A stretch of 64,000 nt of DNA from the human T2T-CHM13v2.0 reference genome, Homo sapiens. The position numbers were made by a program, and so were the translations under genes. The stretch is from the NCBI RefSeq assembly GCF_009914755.1, contig NC_060925.1; one strand, 5' to 3'. This document shows, in pieces, positions 14,153-26,280 of this stretch. The notes under the pieces were generated by a model. That model was given only the letters and a program-made list of their open reading frames with translations, ran no database searches and was not told the origin of the DNA. Within the stretch, counting starts at the first letter, position 1. Each line of letters starts with the position of its first letter.

Positions 14153-15910
14153 TAAAACATCGGTCTTAAAAAAAAAAAAATCTATGCTGTAAAGGCAGAA
14201 CTCACTTAAATTATTTCAGGAGCAAAATACTCTTCAATTATTTTTTCCAAGACAAAAAATAATAAATTGAACTTGGGCCAATATATGTTGGCTCAAATGT
14301 TAATCTCTAAGTTATCTTTTTTATATATCAGCTTGGGCAAGGCTCGTAACTTTCATGGGCCTCATTTCCTAATTTGTAAAATAAGCTTTAGATGATCTAT
14401 AAGGTTCTTTCTGTTTATAAAGTCTGTGAGTCTACTAATTCTACACAGATATTATTACAAGTGTACTTATTTATAATTACAGTAGGCAGAGTATTAATTT
14501 TTGCTTTTATTACATTTTTCAATTCATGCTTCTAAAGTTTCACATTTATATTAGCTAAAAACCCTGTCACCAAATGTTTATTTCTATGTAAGTAAGTAGC
14601 TTCCCACTCTTTCTTTTCTATAGTTAAATGAAAAAAGTTAATAGGCTATGTATTCCACTAGGTAGTCTGACAAATTTAGTTCATCTTTTTGTCCAGGTGA
14701 TTTTTAAAGAATAATTATTTGAAGACCTCTTGATAATAAAAAACTGTTGTTTGTTAATGTATAATCCACTTTCTATGGATTCAGAATTGGGAAACTTTCT
14801 AATCCCTGCGTAGAATCTATTTATCTTTAAATGTCTAATACTTATCACATGAATTATTAAATACCAGAGGTTTTCCTTTCAGTTTCCAACTTCCCTGTGT
14901 AGCTTTTTTTCAGCAATGATTTGTTCATTTGGGCCTCAGCTCCGTTCGTTTAATTTTATCAGTTGCCATAGATGATGTCCTAAAACAACCATTTGTATTA
15001 ATGTAAAACCTAGATTGCAGTTTGGCCTCTCAGATCACCAGGTAAAATCATGGACATCTATCTATCTCATTAGCATTCCTCAGTTCTTAATTTTTATTTA
15101 AGTAGTTTTTATTTGAAGCCTAGTCTATACTGCTACTGTTTTGTGTGTTATCTGTGTTTCCAAACTTTTTAAGTGATTGAACTGGATGTTTTACTTACTT
15201 TTATCACTAGTAAACTAATCCAATGTAGTAGAGTATTATAATGCTGGTGTGGAATTAGGGAAGAGAAAGAGGAAAAAGGAAAACTTCTGGACTAAAGATT
15301 ATCAGGAAATAGGATAAGGAGATGGCCAATTTGATTTTTGCTCTAACCATATCCAAATAGAAGTTACTCTTGATTAGATTCTTTCCCACTTACCCTTTCC
15401 ACATATATGCTAGTTTTTTTGAGATAGCAGAGGTAGGAGTGTGGTGAGGCTTGGGACAGGGAAGGAGCGTAAGATGGATTAGTGTTTTTTCAAAATGTAC
15501 ATTGGGACTTCTAAGAAGAATTCCTATCTACAGGGAAGTCTAGATCAGTTCTGGTGCTAAAGGGATTTATGTCATAGTGTAATTATTTGGCAAGTAATAT
15601 TCACCACTACTAGGTAATTAGAGTTGATTCTGTGATTTTAGTATTAGTGTTTCCAGCTGCCTACTTAAAAGTCATTTTTTCAGTATATTACAGTTTTAAT
15701 TTTTTTAACTTCTATCTTGATTTGGATAAGAACTATGTATGTATGTATAAGGATAGTATAGTACTGTATAAATTGTATCATTCCATCTTTAGGTGTCTTT
15801 GCAAGAAGAATGCTACTTTTTAAATCTATTTTTGTTACCTGTGTTAGTAGGGCTCTTTAGCAAAAGTTCTGAGTAAAGTTATTTTGAAATGTTTGTTTCC
15901 TTATGCATAG

Positions 15911-15995
15911 ATTCGATGTTACAGAGTCCCAGATCATAATTATAATATGCCAGCTTCTCACAGGAACCCTGGGGCCTTGGTTCTGGAACTTCACG
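15911..15995 (+). CDS. CEPT1: CEPT1 alternative exon 5A: intact paralogue of exon 5, predicted mutually exclusive
   Basis: tttgtttccttatgcatag|ATTCGATG...TTCACG|gtaact; 85 nt, phase 2 to 0, no stop; FDVTESQIIIIICQLLTGTLGPWFWNFT aligns without gaps to exon 5B (15/28 identical). Confidence 0.85.
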
Positions 15996-16697
15996 GTAAC
16001 TGCTAGAATATTCATGCTATCTGATGTACAATGGTGTGAATTCAATAAAGACAGCACCTTTGTCATGCACAGAATAATTAAAACATGAAAAATCAAAAGT
16101 CTTCCTGTTGGTATGTCACAAACAGGTTATTAGAAAACATAATTTTAATATATTAGGGCAATAAAAATCCACCCTATTAAATAAAATTTTTAAAAAGTGG
16201 TATTTCTGGTGATTTGATGCTAAAGTCAATTCTCCTGTTTGCCTATTGTGCCTATTATTTTTATTCTATGTACTATTTTTTAAAACAAATACCTTTCCAC
16301 CAGTAAATAGAATTTTTTTTATATTTCTATTTTGAAAACAGAATAAAGCAAGCAGAGTTTTTCTTAGGTAAGGAAGTTGAGATGATTCTATATTAATGTA
16401 GGAAAGATTCTGCTTATTCTGTTAACTTCTTTAGCATATACTTTAAGCAGTCTAGTACTAGTTCTGCTTGAGTTTACAGCAGTCTTGGTGTTGTATAATA
16501 TTTATGCTGGAAGCTATTCTCATTTCTGTTTGTTTTGCTTAATGTTTTTCACTCTTAGTTGTGCTTTTGAAACTAAATATCCTTAGCTTTTCATGTTACT
16601 ATAGTCATTCTTTGAATACTTTCCTTTTTTGTTTTGTTTTCTTTTCAGTAAATACATATTTCTCTAATGTACTGCTAAAAGTAATGTATCTTTTTCC

Positions 16698-16980
16698 TTT
16701 TTTTTTTTTTTAATTGAGATAGAGTCTCATTTTGTCACCCAGGCAGGAATGCAGTGGCACAGTCATAGGTCACTGCAGCCTTGAAACTCCTGAACTGAAG
16801 TGCTCCTCTCACCTCACCTTTCTGCACTGTCACACCTGGCTAATTTTAAATTTTTTTTTTGTAGAGACAGGTCTTGCTGTGTTGCCTAGGATGGTCTTGA
16901 ACTTCTGGCCTCAAGTAGTCCTCCCGCCTCAGCCTTCCAAAGCACTGGAACTACAGGCATGAGCCACTGCATTCACCCTT
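16698..16980 (-). mobile_element. Alu (AluJ-like)
   Basis: Diverged antisense dimer. Confidence 0.85.
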
Positions 16981-17270
16981 CTTTCTTATAACTGCAGTTT
17001 TGACCTTATGACTTTTAAAAACATTGTTAGGAAATGTTTTCCCAGTAAGATAGTCCAGAATCATTCACACTTTAGCATAAGAAAAAATAGGGCTTAGATT
17101 CAGTTTATTTGGCAGTTCAGAGAATGTTGGAGAACTGTTCAAATGAAAACCTGACAGATCATTATATCAATGCAAGGGTTTATTAAGTTTCCTACATTAG
17201 GTCGCCTGCCCTGAAAAAAAAAAAGAATTGTAAACATTTTAATATTGCTTCAATAATACAGAAATAGTGA

Positions 17271-17547
<277 letters not shown>

Positions 17548-17682
17548 GAGTTCTTTCTGAAAAGTATATTTCAGTGTTGTAAATCCAGTTATTCAGTGGC
17601 AGTAATGATGGCTTTGAGGACAAATTCATAGGGAGGGATATTCTGCATCTTTTTTCAAAATAACCTTGGAATGTGGAAAATA

Positions 17683-18006
17683 CAGTTGTCCCTCCATATC
17701 TGTGAGGAATTGGTTCCACAATCTGCAAATACCAGAATGCAGGGATACTCAGGTTCCTGATATAAGGTGGTGTAGTATTTGCATAGAACCTATACACAGC
17801 CTCCTGTATACTTTAAGTCATTCTACGTTACTTATACCTCACACAATGTAAATGCCAAGTAAATAGTTGTTATACTATAATGTTTAGGGAATAATGACAA
17901 GGAAAAAAGTCTGTACGTGTTCAGTACAGACACAACTTTTAATATTTTTGACCTGTGGTTGGTGTAATTCCTGGATGCAGAACCCACAGATAGAGAGGGC
18001 CGACTG
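17683..18006. mobile_element. MER2 (TcMar-Tigger MITE)
   Basis: TA|cagttgtccctcc...gagggccgactg|TA: terminal inverted repeats with TA duplication. Confidence 0.85.
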
Positions 18007-18212
18007 TACTAAGAAGTGTATCGTTAGCCTCCCTTTACCCTTACACTGTCTTCTGGTACTTTCTCCAAAGACCTGTAGCTTTATGCTCATTGCAGTTGCC
18101 TAGATTTATAGATTTATAATTTTTGATAGCCCCTTTTTTATTGTTGATTATACTTAGCAAAGGTCTTTTCCACCAATGTTCTTAATGAAATTAACAGTCA
18201 GAATATTGACTG

Positions 18213-18296
18213 TATCTACTTTCACCTTGTTTGTCTATGATAACAAAGTACCCGATATCTACTTTCACCTTGTTTGTCTATGATAACAAAGTACCC
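18213..18296. repeat. Tandem duplication, period 43 bp
   Basis: tatctactttcaccttgtttgtctatgataacaaagtaccc at 18213-18253 and 18256-18296, 41/41 identical. Confidence 0.95.
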
Positions 18297-20536
18297 TATA
18301 TTTATAGAGCCCTTTCTATTAAAATGTTTCTAAAAACTAATGCATTTTAACATCATAAAAAAAGTTTTGAAAATACTTTGTTTTCTCTGTATATACTGTA
18401 TTTTCTTTTACCAGTTGCTAACTTGCAGAGATTTTCTTTTGCTTTTAATACTTATTGCTTAAACTGATTTGATAATTAAAATGAGATTGTCAAATATACT
18501 TTTTTTATGAAGTTTCGAAAAAAACTTCAGAAAGAATTGTCCTTAATAATTTGTTTCTAAGTGAATTTGATTTATTAGCATGTAAACTATCTATAAGCTA
18601 TTTCCTGTTGTATTCTAGCATTTTTGGTGAAATTGTATTAGAATACAAAGAGTTTTAGCACTACAGAGGAAAAACACTCCGGTTTCTCTTCAAGGTTATT
18701 TTCTTTATAACCTTGGAAAAGTCACTTGACCTTTCTAAATGTTCTCATCTACAAAATGGTGATATTTCCTACCTCCTAGGGTGGTTGTCGTGATTAAAAG
18801 GGTGAAGAATGTAATGTGCTTACTGTAGTGCTAAGGATATAATAAGTCTTCATTATTGCTATATTAAGACCTGTTTTAGCTGACTCCCCAGTGGTTGGCA
18901 AATTTTGTATTGTGCCAGTTAGAGAGGAAGAATAAGTTCATGATCCCTTTATTTAACTCAGAGATTGTGAGAGGATTCTCCTTTTGGGTCTTATTGTTTT
19001 CAAAGGTGATAAAGATAGACTGCCCTTTAAATTTAAGACCTATACTCTACTTCTTTTTATATTAGAGGGCTTGTTCTATTCTAGCCTTTGGCTATATTTT
19101 TCTCTTCTTACTCAGAGTTATTCAATGGGCTTTTTCTTTTTAGTCTTCTCAGAAAGTCTGAAGATCCATATAGTCATTCATGTGGTAGGTAATGTGTTTT
19201 TAATAATTAAGCTTAATTTCAAAAATAGACTTGTCTTGCTGTCTGTTTTCCCAATTTATAACACTTGAATTAAAAATACTCCAAGTTATCTCTCAGTTGT
19301 ATGGTTAATGTTATTTAATACTAAGATTACCATGTCCAGTTTGTCCCTTATCAAGGGTAGAAAGTAAAATATTCAAAGTCAGTATATTGAATTTCTAGGC
19401 TAATCTTTATTTCAGTCCACCAACAGTTCACCCCACCCATGGTATTTCTGGTAGAATCTATAATGAATGTCATGCTCTGGTTATCCATAAGTTACCTAGA
19501 GCTTCAAATCCCTTTACAGATAATTATAAACCTGGAGTTAATAGCTATCTAATCCTTGAGTAAGAATCTAGACGTCTTCAAATAGATGATTTTTTTAAAC
19601 AAAATCCTTCTCTTTAACAATAGCTCACAGGTCAAATTGTACAAATTGGGGATTCTTTGACATTGTGAATTTATCCCTAGTGCATATCCTATGTTAACCA
19701 AACTAATATAAACAATTGTGTTGCCAAACTACAACACAATTAAATTTACTATTTATAGTTTAACAAAAATACTTACAAAATAACTGCAAGTGTATCTTTG
19801 AAATGCATATGTCACATGTAGAAGAACAATAGATTGTTTCTGATTTTAGAGGGGAAAGACATTAAAAATTTGTGGGAGAGATGATTAATGTGCTTAGCTT
19901 TCATAGAATGCCATTTAAATCCCTTCACATCCCTCAATTAAAACTGAGTTCTGGTATTCAAACCAAATGCATTTGTCAGGCGTCTCTCTGAACACTGATA
20001 AACAAAAATGGAAACTTTCAAAATAGAAATTTTTCTCATAGTTAGCTAACTTACTTTGCAGTTGTTCTACCCCATTTTAAAAGCTATTTTGCACTTCTGA
20101 TGTAATAACTGCCTTGATCAGGGAGTTTTCTAAGCTTTTTGTAGTGACGAAGACCTCCTGAGATAGTCACTCCAACTAAAGAGATGCTCTGTTCCCTTGT
20201 TTAAAAGTTTAAATTATTCATATTCATTTAGTACACTTTATTCTCTTAATCAGTTGACCATTAGGGTGTTGTAAGGAATGATTGGCCTAAAGTTTATTAC
20301 GGGCGTTGAAGGTTATTTTGACCTCAGACTGTCAAATTTATAGCTTCCACATCAGATGAATGGTTTGCTTCTTTTTATTTATTTTTTGTGACAGCCATCA
20401 AAACAGTGTTTGTTTCTGGCTTGTCATAGTAATTTAAGTGTATCCTGATGAGAATATTCATTATGGGTTATCCCCAGTAACTGGGAGAATTCTTTTTTGT
20501 CTTTTGACGACCTATATTAAAATGAAGTAGAAATAG

Positions 20537-20842
<306 letters not shown>

Positions 20843-23683
20843 AGGAGATTATTTTAAAGCAGCACCAGTCAAGATGTTCATGTACCTTCATAGATATAGA
20901 AAATTGTGGTTAGTATCATTTAATTTTCTCCCTCTACAACTTTAGGCTGTAGAAATCTAATGCGACACATAAGAAATTTGTTTTCCCATATGTTTTGTTA
21001 AAAAATCACTGGCATTTGGGTCCTCTTTGACCACATACCCCATGTGTCTTGAAGGGTTTTTTGGTTTTGTTTTTTGTTGTTTTTTTCTTGGTGTGGTAGT
21101 AGTGGTCAGTTTCTTTGTTTTGGTTTTGAGGAATAGTCCCAACACTTGGGAATATTACCACTGACGATTCTCCATTTTTAAAATAATAATAACAATAAAA
21201 AGGAAGTGATTACAGACATGCCAAATCCCTGCCCTTATATAATATTCTGTCCTCTAAATAACTGTATTTCCTGTATGATCAAAAAGATTAAAATGAGCCT
21301 CTTTGTAGTATGTGTTACAGTAAATTGAGCCCATACTGAGACTTCTTAGTGGAAAGGTGGAAGAATGGATTGTCATGTAACTAGCTGTCTTCTAAACAAA
21401 ATCATAAACTCTTGTTTATCATTTCTACCACCTGTCCCTCTTAGCTTGCTTTAGTTCCCATTCCTGGGAATGACTTTGCACTGCATGCACCCTTTTTCAT
21501 TGACAGTAAAGATTAGAACCACACTTCCAGGAGTGATGATAGGCAGTTCTCATGATTCAGAGCAGAAGATTCTCATCCTGGAGTTCAGAATATTCTTCTA
21601 AATCAGATAAGCAAATAAAAAATATTCTTAACTAACTACCAACTGGTAAGTAAGTTTTCCTGGCCCTCTCTCCATAACAGTAAGACATTATTCATCTAAT
21701 ACAATGTCAGTATTAGAATGGTTAAGAAAATTCTGTCAAAAGTTTCAAATGACTATTCTATAAAACTTGCCCTAAGAATCCCAATTTGAGACTTTGTAAA
21801 GATCTTTTATGTTTCCTGTTCTCTTTTATATTCATCCATGGTACAAAGATTAATTGCATGAGGTTCCCTCCATTTTTATTTTGTAATTCTATACTTCTGG
21901 CCCTTCCCCTTCCAAAAGGCTACTTCATATATCCAGCAAAATGTTCTAAGATGTCTACCCTCCTCCACCCAAGACAGAATCGATCATCTTTGACACCTAC
22001 CTGCTTAGTCTCCTGAATCTGCTACTGAGTGTAATTCCCCTTATTGGCAACACCACTCACCAGGTCAGCTCTACAGATTCTTTTTAGCCTAATTCAGTCC
22101 ATTTTTTTTTTCAATGTGTATATCAAGATAACTACATCACTGTATGTTTGCAGCTAAATAAGCTTCTGTTTAAAAAACATTCTTGGGCAAACAAAGACCC
22201 ATTTTTTTTTAGTTGCAAGACATTAGTTTCAACCCAGTTATTTATCACAGCATGACAGCTTATGTATCTTAAACTCACATTACAGATTATCTGCTTTACA
22301 TATTTTTAGAAATGGAGGCTCTGTTCTGTTCTGGGAATTGAATCCCTTTGCTGTTGTTACCTACTTTTAGACTAATTACTTTTAATAGATAAATTATTCA
22401 CTTTGTTGAAAAACTAGCATTATAAAAAGGTATACAGTGAAAAGTCTCCTCATTCTTATTTCCCAGCTCCCCAGTTTCTATACTATACTCCCCAATAGGT
22501 AGCCACCACTCTTAGTTTGTAATGTGTCTTTCCAGAAATTTGTTATGCAATTACTGGCAAAAATAAAAGTAGAATATTATTTGTCTCTTTTTTTACACAA
22601 AAAATAGCCTGTACACATTCTGCAACTTATTTTCACTTACTATATCTTTGCTACTTTTTATATCAGTATATAGAGAGCTGCCCTACTCTTTTTAAAAGCT
22701 GTAAAATATTCTATTTTATGGAAGTACCATAATTTATATAACTATTCCCTCTGAGGGAATTTTTTTAAATTATGCTATTATAAATTTATAATTCCATAGT
22801 GAATAACCTTGTACAAACATCATTTTGTGCAAGTATATCTGTAGGGTAAGTTCTCAAAATAGAAGGCATTTGAATCCAGTAATCTAAGAATGATAATCTC
22901 AAAATTGTAGAAGGTGCTAAGTTTACAAGAGGAAAGGAAAAACAGCATATGTTTTGCTTCTCAATCTTTTTGCCCATGTTCTTTTTTTTCACACTTTCAG
23001 GCTTCTAATTTCTGCTGCCCTGTTGTGCATGAGGTTTGTCTCTTCTTGACTGTAAAATTATTTTCAGCAACCCCAAAGCTAATTCTTGGCTGCTTTCAGT
23101 ATCTTCTTTGCAGAAGTCTCAGAGTAGTTAACCTAGTAAGAATAGGAATTTGAGAACTGGAGGAGTTTTTTTTTTCACACCTATACAATGGCAGACATTA
23201 AATGAATATATCTAAAGAACAGTAAGTTTTACAGAGTCTTAGTGATTTATGTTAACTTTAATTAAAGCACACCATTTATTTCATCTGATACTACAAAGCA
23301 CTTATTTCAAGATTTCATATTTTATAACAGTGCAATGTAATCCTCTGCTTGATACTCAAAATTTAATACCTCCTCAATTTTTTTTTTTTTTGGTGGGAAA
23401 GGTTAACCTATGGTTTCAGCCCAACTTCAATGAGTCAGAAATTTCCTTTGGAAAGGAGGGGTTTTTATTGCTCTTTGAAATTCATCAAATTAAATTAAAA
23501 GGCTTTGGATTTTATATGATTTTGCTCATAACAAATTTTTGATGCCTCCTTTTCCCCTTTCCTCAATATTTGAGATTTTTTTTTTCTATTGTGCATGATA
23601 GAGGAATGCTGCTAAGCTTGCAAGTAATTAACTTGAAATTGTTGTGACTAATTCTGCTCTTTTGGCTTTTTGTACCTAATCAG

Positions 23684-23768
23684 AATTGATGTGACTGAAG
23701 TGCAAATCTTCATAATAATCATGCATTTGCTGGCAGTGATTGGAGGACCACCTTTTTGGCAATCTATG
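23684..23768 (+). CDS. CEPT1: CEPT1 canonical exon 5 (5B), 85 nt
   Basis: tttttgtacctaatcag|AATTGATG...TCTATG|gtaact; [28 protein letters not shown]; phase 2 to 0. Confidence 0.96.
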
Positions 23769-24329
23769 GTAACTTTGTTCACATTGTGTATCCCATGTAA
23801 TGCATGTTGTCTTTTGCTTGTGTTTTCTAATATGGGATAATCCAGTTAAAGGGTAATGTGTGAAATTCTTTTATTTTTTTCCAAACAGTAGAACACAACT
23901 TCTCTTTAGAGGATGGTGAATTTTACTACTTGAAGTTATGTAGAACGTTAGGACTATTCCAGGGCTATTATTTTTGAAGGCCATTGAGAATCTGAATTAG
24001 TATTGTTATCCCATTTTACAGATGAGGAAACAGCAGACAGTATAACAAGTTAACCAGTGACAAGATTAAATTAGACCTTTTATTCTCTTTCTTAACTACA
24101 TGAGTCTACTAGTTTTTCTGTCATATACTTAAAGCTGAATAACAAATTTGAGATTGTAAGTTAACTCTGGTTCCAAAACAGGATAAATACCTGTTGAATG
24201 AAATCAGTGCCATGGGATTGTTTGAACGAGCTTGGACCTTGATTTCCAGGTCTACCTGAAATATAGTCACTCTTACAAACACAGATTCTTTTCCACAAAC
24301 CTCTGAGGTAGGGAGTAAAATATGGAGGC

Positions 24330-24560
24330 CAAGAACACAAGCTCTGGAACCAGACTGTGTGCGTTTGACCCAGGTTCCATGGCCTACTGTGTGAACTTAA
24401 TCTGTTGCGTAACTCTCTCTGGCTTAGTTTCCTCCTCTGTAACATGAGGTCATTAGTAGTACCTGTCTCATAAAGTTATTTTATGCATTAAAGGAGTTAA
24501 TATATTGTGTAAAGCACTTAGAATAGTGCCTGTCAAATAATAAGCACTCAATAAAAGTTG
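24330..24560 (+). mobile_element. MIR
   Basis: MIR core: cttagtttcctcctctgtaacatgagg...gtaaagcacttagaatagtgcctg...taagcactcaataaa. Confidence 0.75.
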
Positions 24561-25375
24561 TTGCTGCTCTTATAGTTTTAATGTATTCTTTCAGATTTGG
24601 GTTGTCATGGTATGTACTCCCCTGGTCATCAGTTAATTGCCGATTTCTACCATCACCCCTTCAGAATACAGTATTTATCATTCATTTGGTGAAATCTTAA
24701 CAAAGAAAAGATTTACTAGACCTAAATTAATGCAATTCTTAAAAATCAGATTAATTTTAAAGTATAAGGGAAATTTACTGAGCAACATTTTTCCCTTACC
24801 TAACTCACTTTATGATGGAAAATTAGGTGCTTGAGGAAGTGTAATTGATACACTACCCACAGTATTTATTGCCAGAAATGAATTGTTAAGTATCTTTTGT
24901 TGGGAAGATGAATCTGTGAAGGGGGAGGAGATGAAGGAATAAAAATAATCCACAGTCAACTGGGAAAATTCTGAAACTATTCAGTTATGTACATAATATC
25001 ATTCAGTTATGTATCTTAGATTTCACTATAGAGACCCTATTGGCTTTTGAGACTAATGTGTAGGAAATACGAATTTTATTACTTTTGCTCTTCAGTAGAC
25101 TAGTTCTTTTTTTTAATAACAGTTTTGCCTTATGGGAAGGAAATAATAGTTTTTGTTTTCCTGAAAGCAGATCATAAAGCCTAAAGCTTACCCCCATTCC
25201 TAAAGTTTTTATATCCCTTGACTATGGTGATTATTATTTTTATAAGCCTTGTATACCAAAGTTTTCCCCCCAAAATTATTTGTAATATGTTGTACATAAA
25301 GTTTCAGCATACCAATATCCAAAAAGTGGGATTTCTGGCTTGATTATTGGAAAACAAGTCAGTGTTTGGTTTATA

Positions 25376-26280
25376 CAGGTTAAGTATCCCTTGTCTGTAA
25401 TTATTGGGACCAGTATTTCAGATTTCAGATGTTTTCAAGTTCTACAATATTTGCATATACATGATGAGATATCTTGGTATCTTGAGATACCAAGTCCAAA
25501 TATGAAATTTATTTTCATATACACCTTATACACATTGCCCAAAGGTAATTTTATACAATATTTTTAATAATTTTGTGGATGAAACAAAGTGTGTGTATTG
25601 AACCATCAGAAAGCAAAAGTGTTACTATCTTAGCCACCCATGTGGATAATCTGTGGTTTGGCATCAGTGTTACTCCTGACTCTGAATTTACATACTACTG
25701 TTAAGCAATCATTTTCTAACACTTATTTACACGTAGATATATTTAGCAAAAAATAAGACATATCAGTGAAAAGATAATGTATTCAGGGTAGTGGAGCAGC
25801 ACAATAGCATCACCAGAATACCTGTATGTTATCACTATTAACCAAAAAAGTATCTGCAGTCCTTTTTGACATTTTCAACAATATCTTTATACCACACAGC
25901 AGAGAATAAGCAAAAAACAAAAACAAAATTGAAAAGCAGTAATGCACTTAGTTCTTGGCCCCATGTCGGGCATTGGGGAGAACCTGTTGTTGGAATGTCC
26001 AGCCTGCACAATGCCATTTTATTACCCTTTGTGGGTGTACTTACGTGACAGGATATGGGTCTGTGCACAAAGATATATTGCAGCTATGAAGGGGGCTGGG
26101 AGGGTCGTTTTTCCCTTGGGGATGCTGAATAAACTTTTGTGCACCTACGTTTTGACCTCGACCTGTCACATAAGCTCAAGTGTGGAATTTTCCACTTGTG
26201 GCATCACATTGGCACTCAAGAAGTTTTGGGATTTGTAGCATTTTAGATTTTGGATTTTCTGATTAGGGATGCTCAACCTG
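25376..26280. mobile_element. Tigger4/Zombi-family internally deleted DNA transposon
   Basis: TIRs caggttaagtatccct... and ...agggatgctcaacctg, flanks TA/TG. Confidence 0.8.

Noticed and set aside
15996-16190. Exon 5A as a composite terminal exon (read-through to TGA at 16086; AATAAA at 16044 and further signals at about 16160-16185)
   Set aside because: The region is very AT-rich so hexamers are expected by chance; the intact donor shared with 5B argues for an internal exon
20395-20476. 82-nt exon-like segment (strong acceptor, gtaact donor) as a possible third exon 5 copy
   Set aside because: No similarity to 5A/5B in translation, in-frame TAA, and weak donor context (CCA|gt); at most a cryptic poison exon
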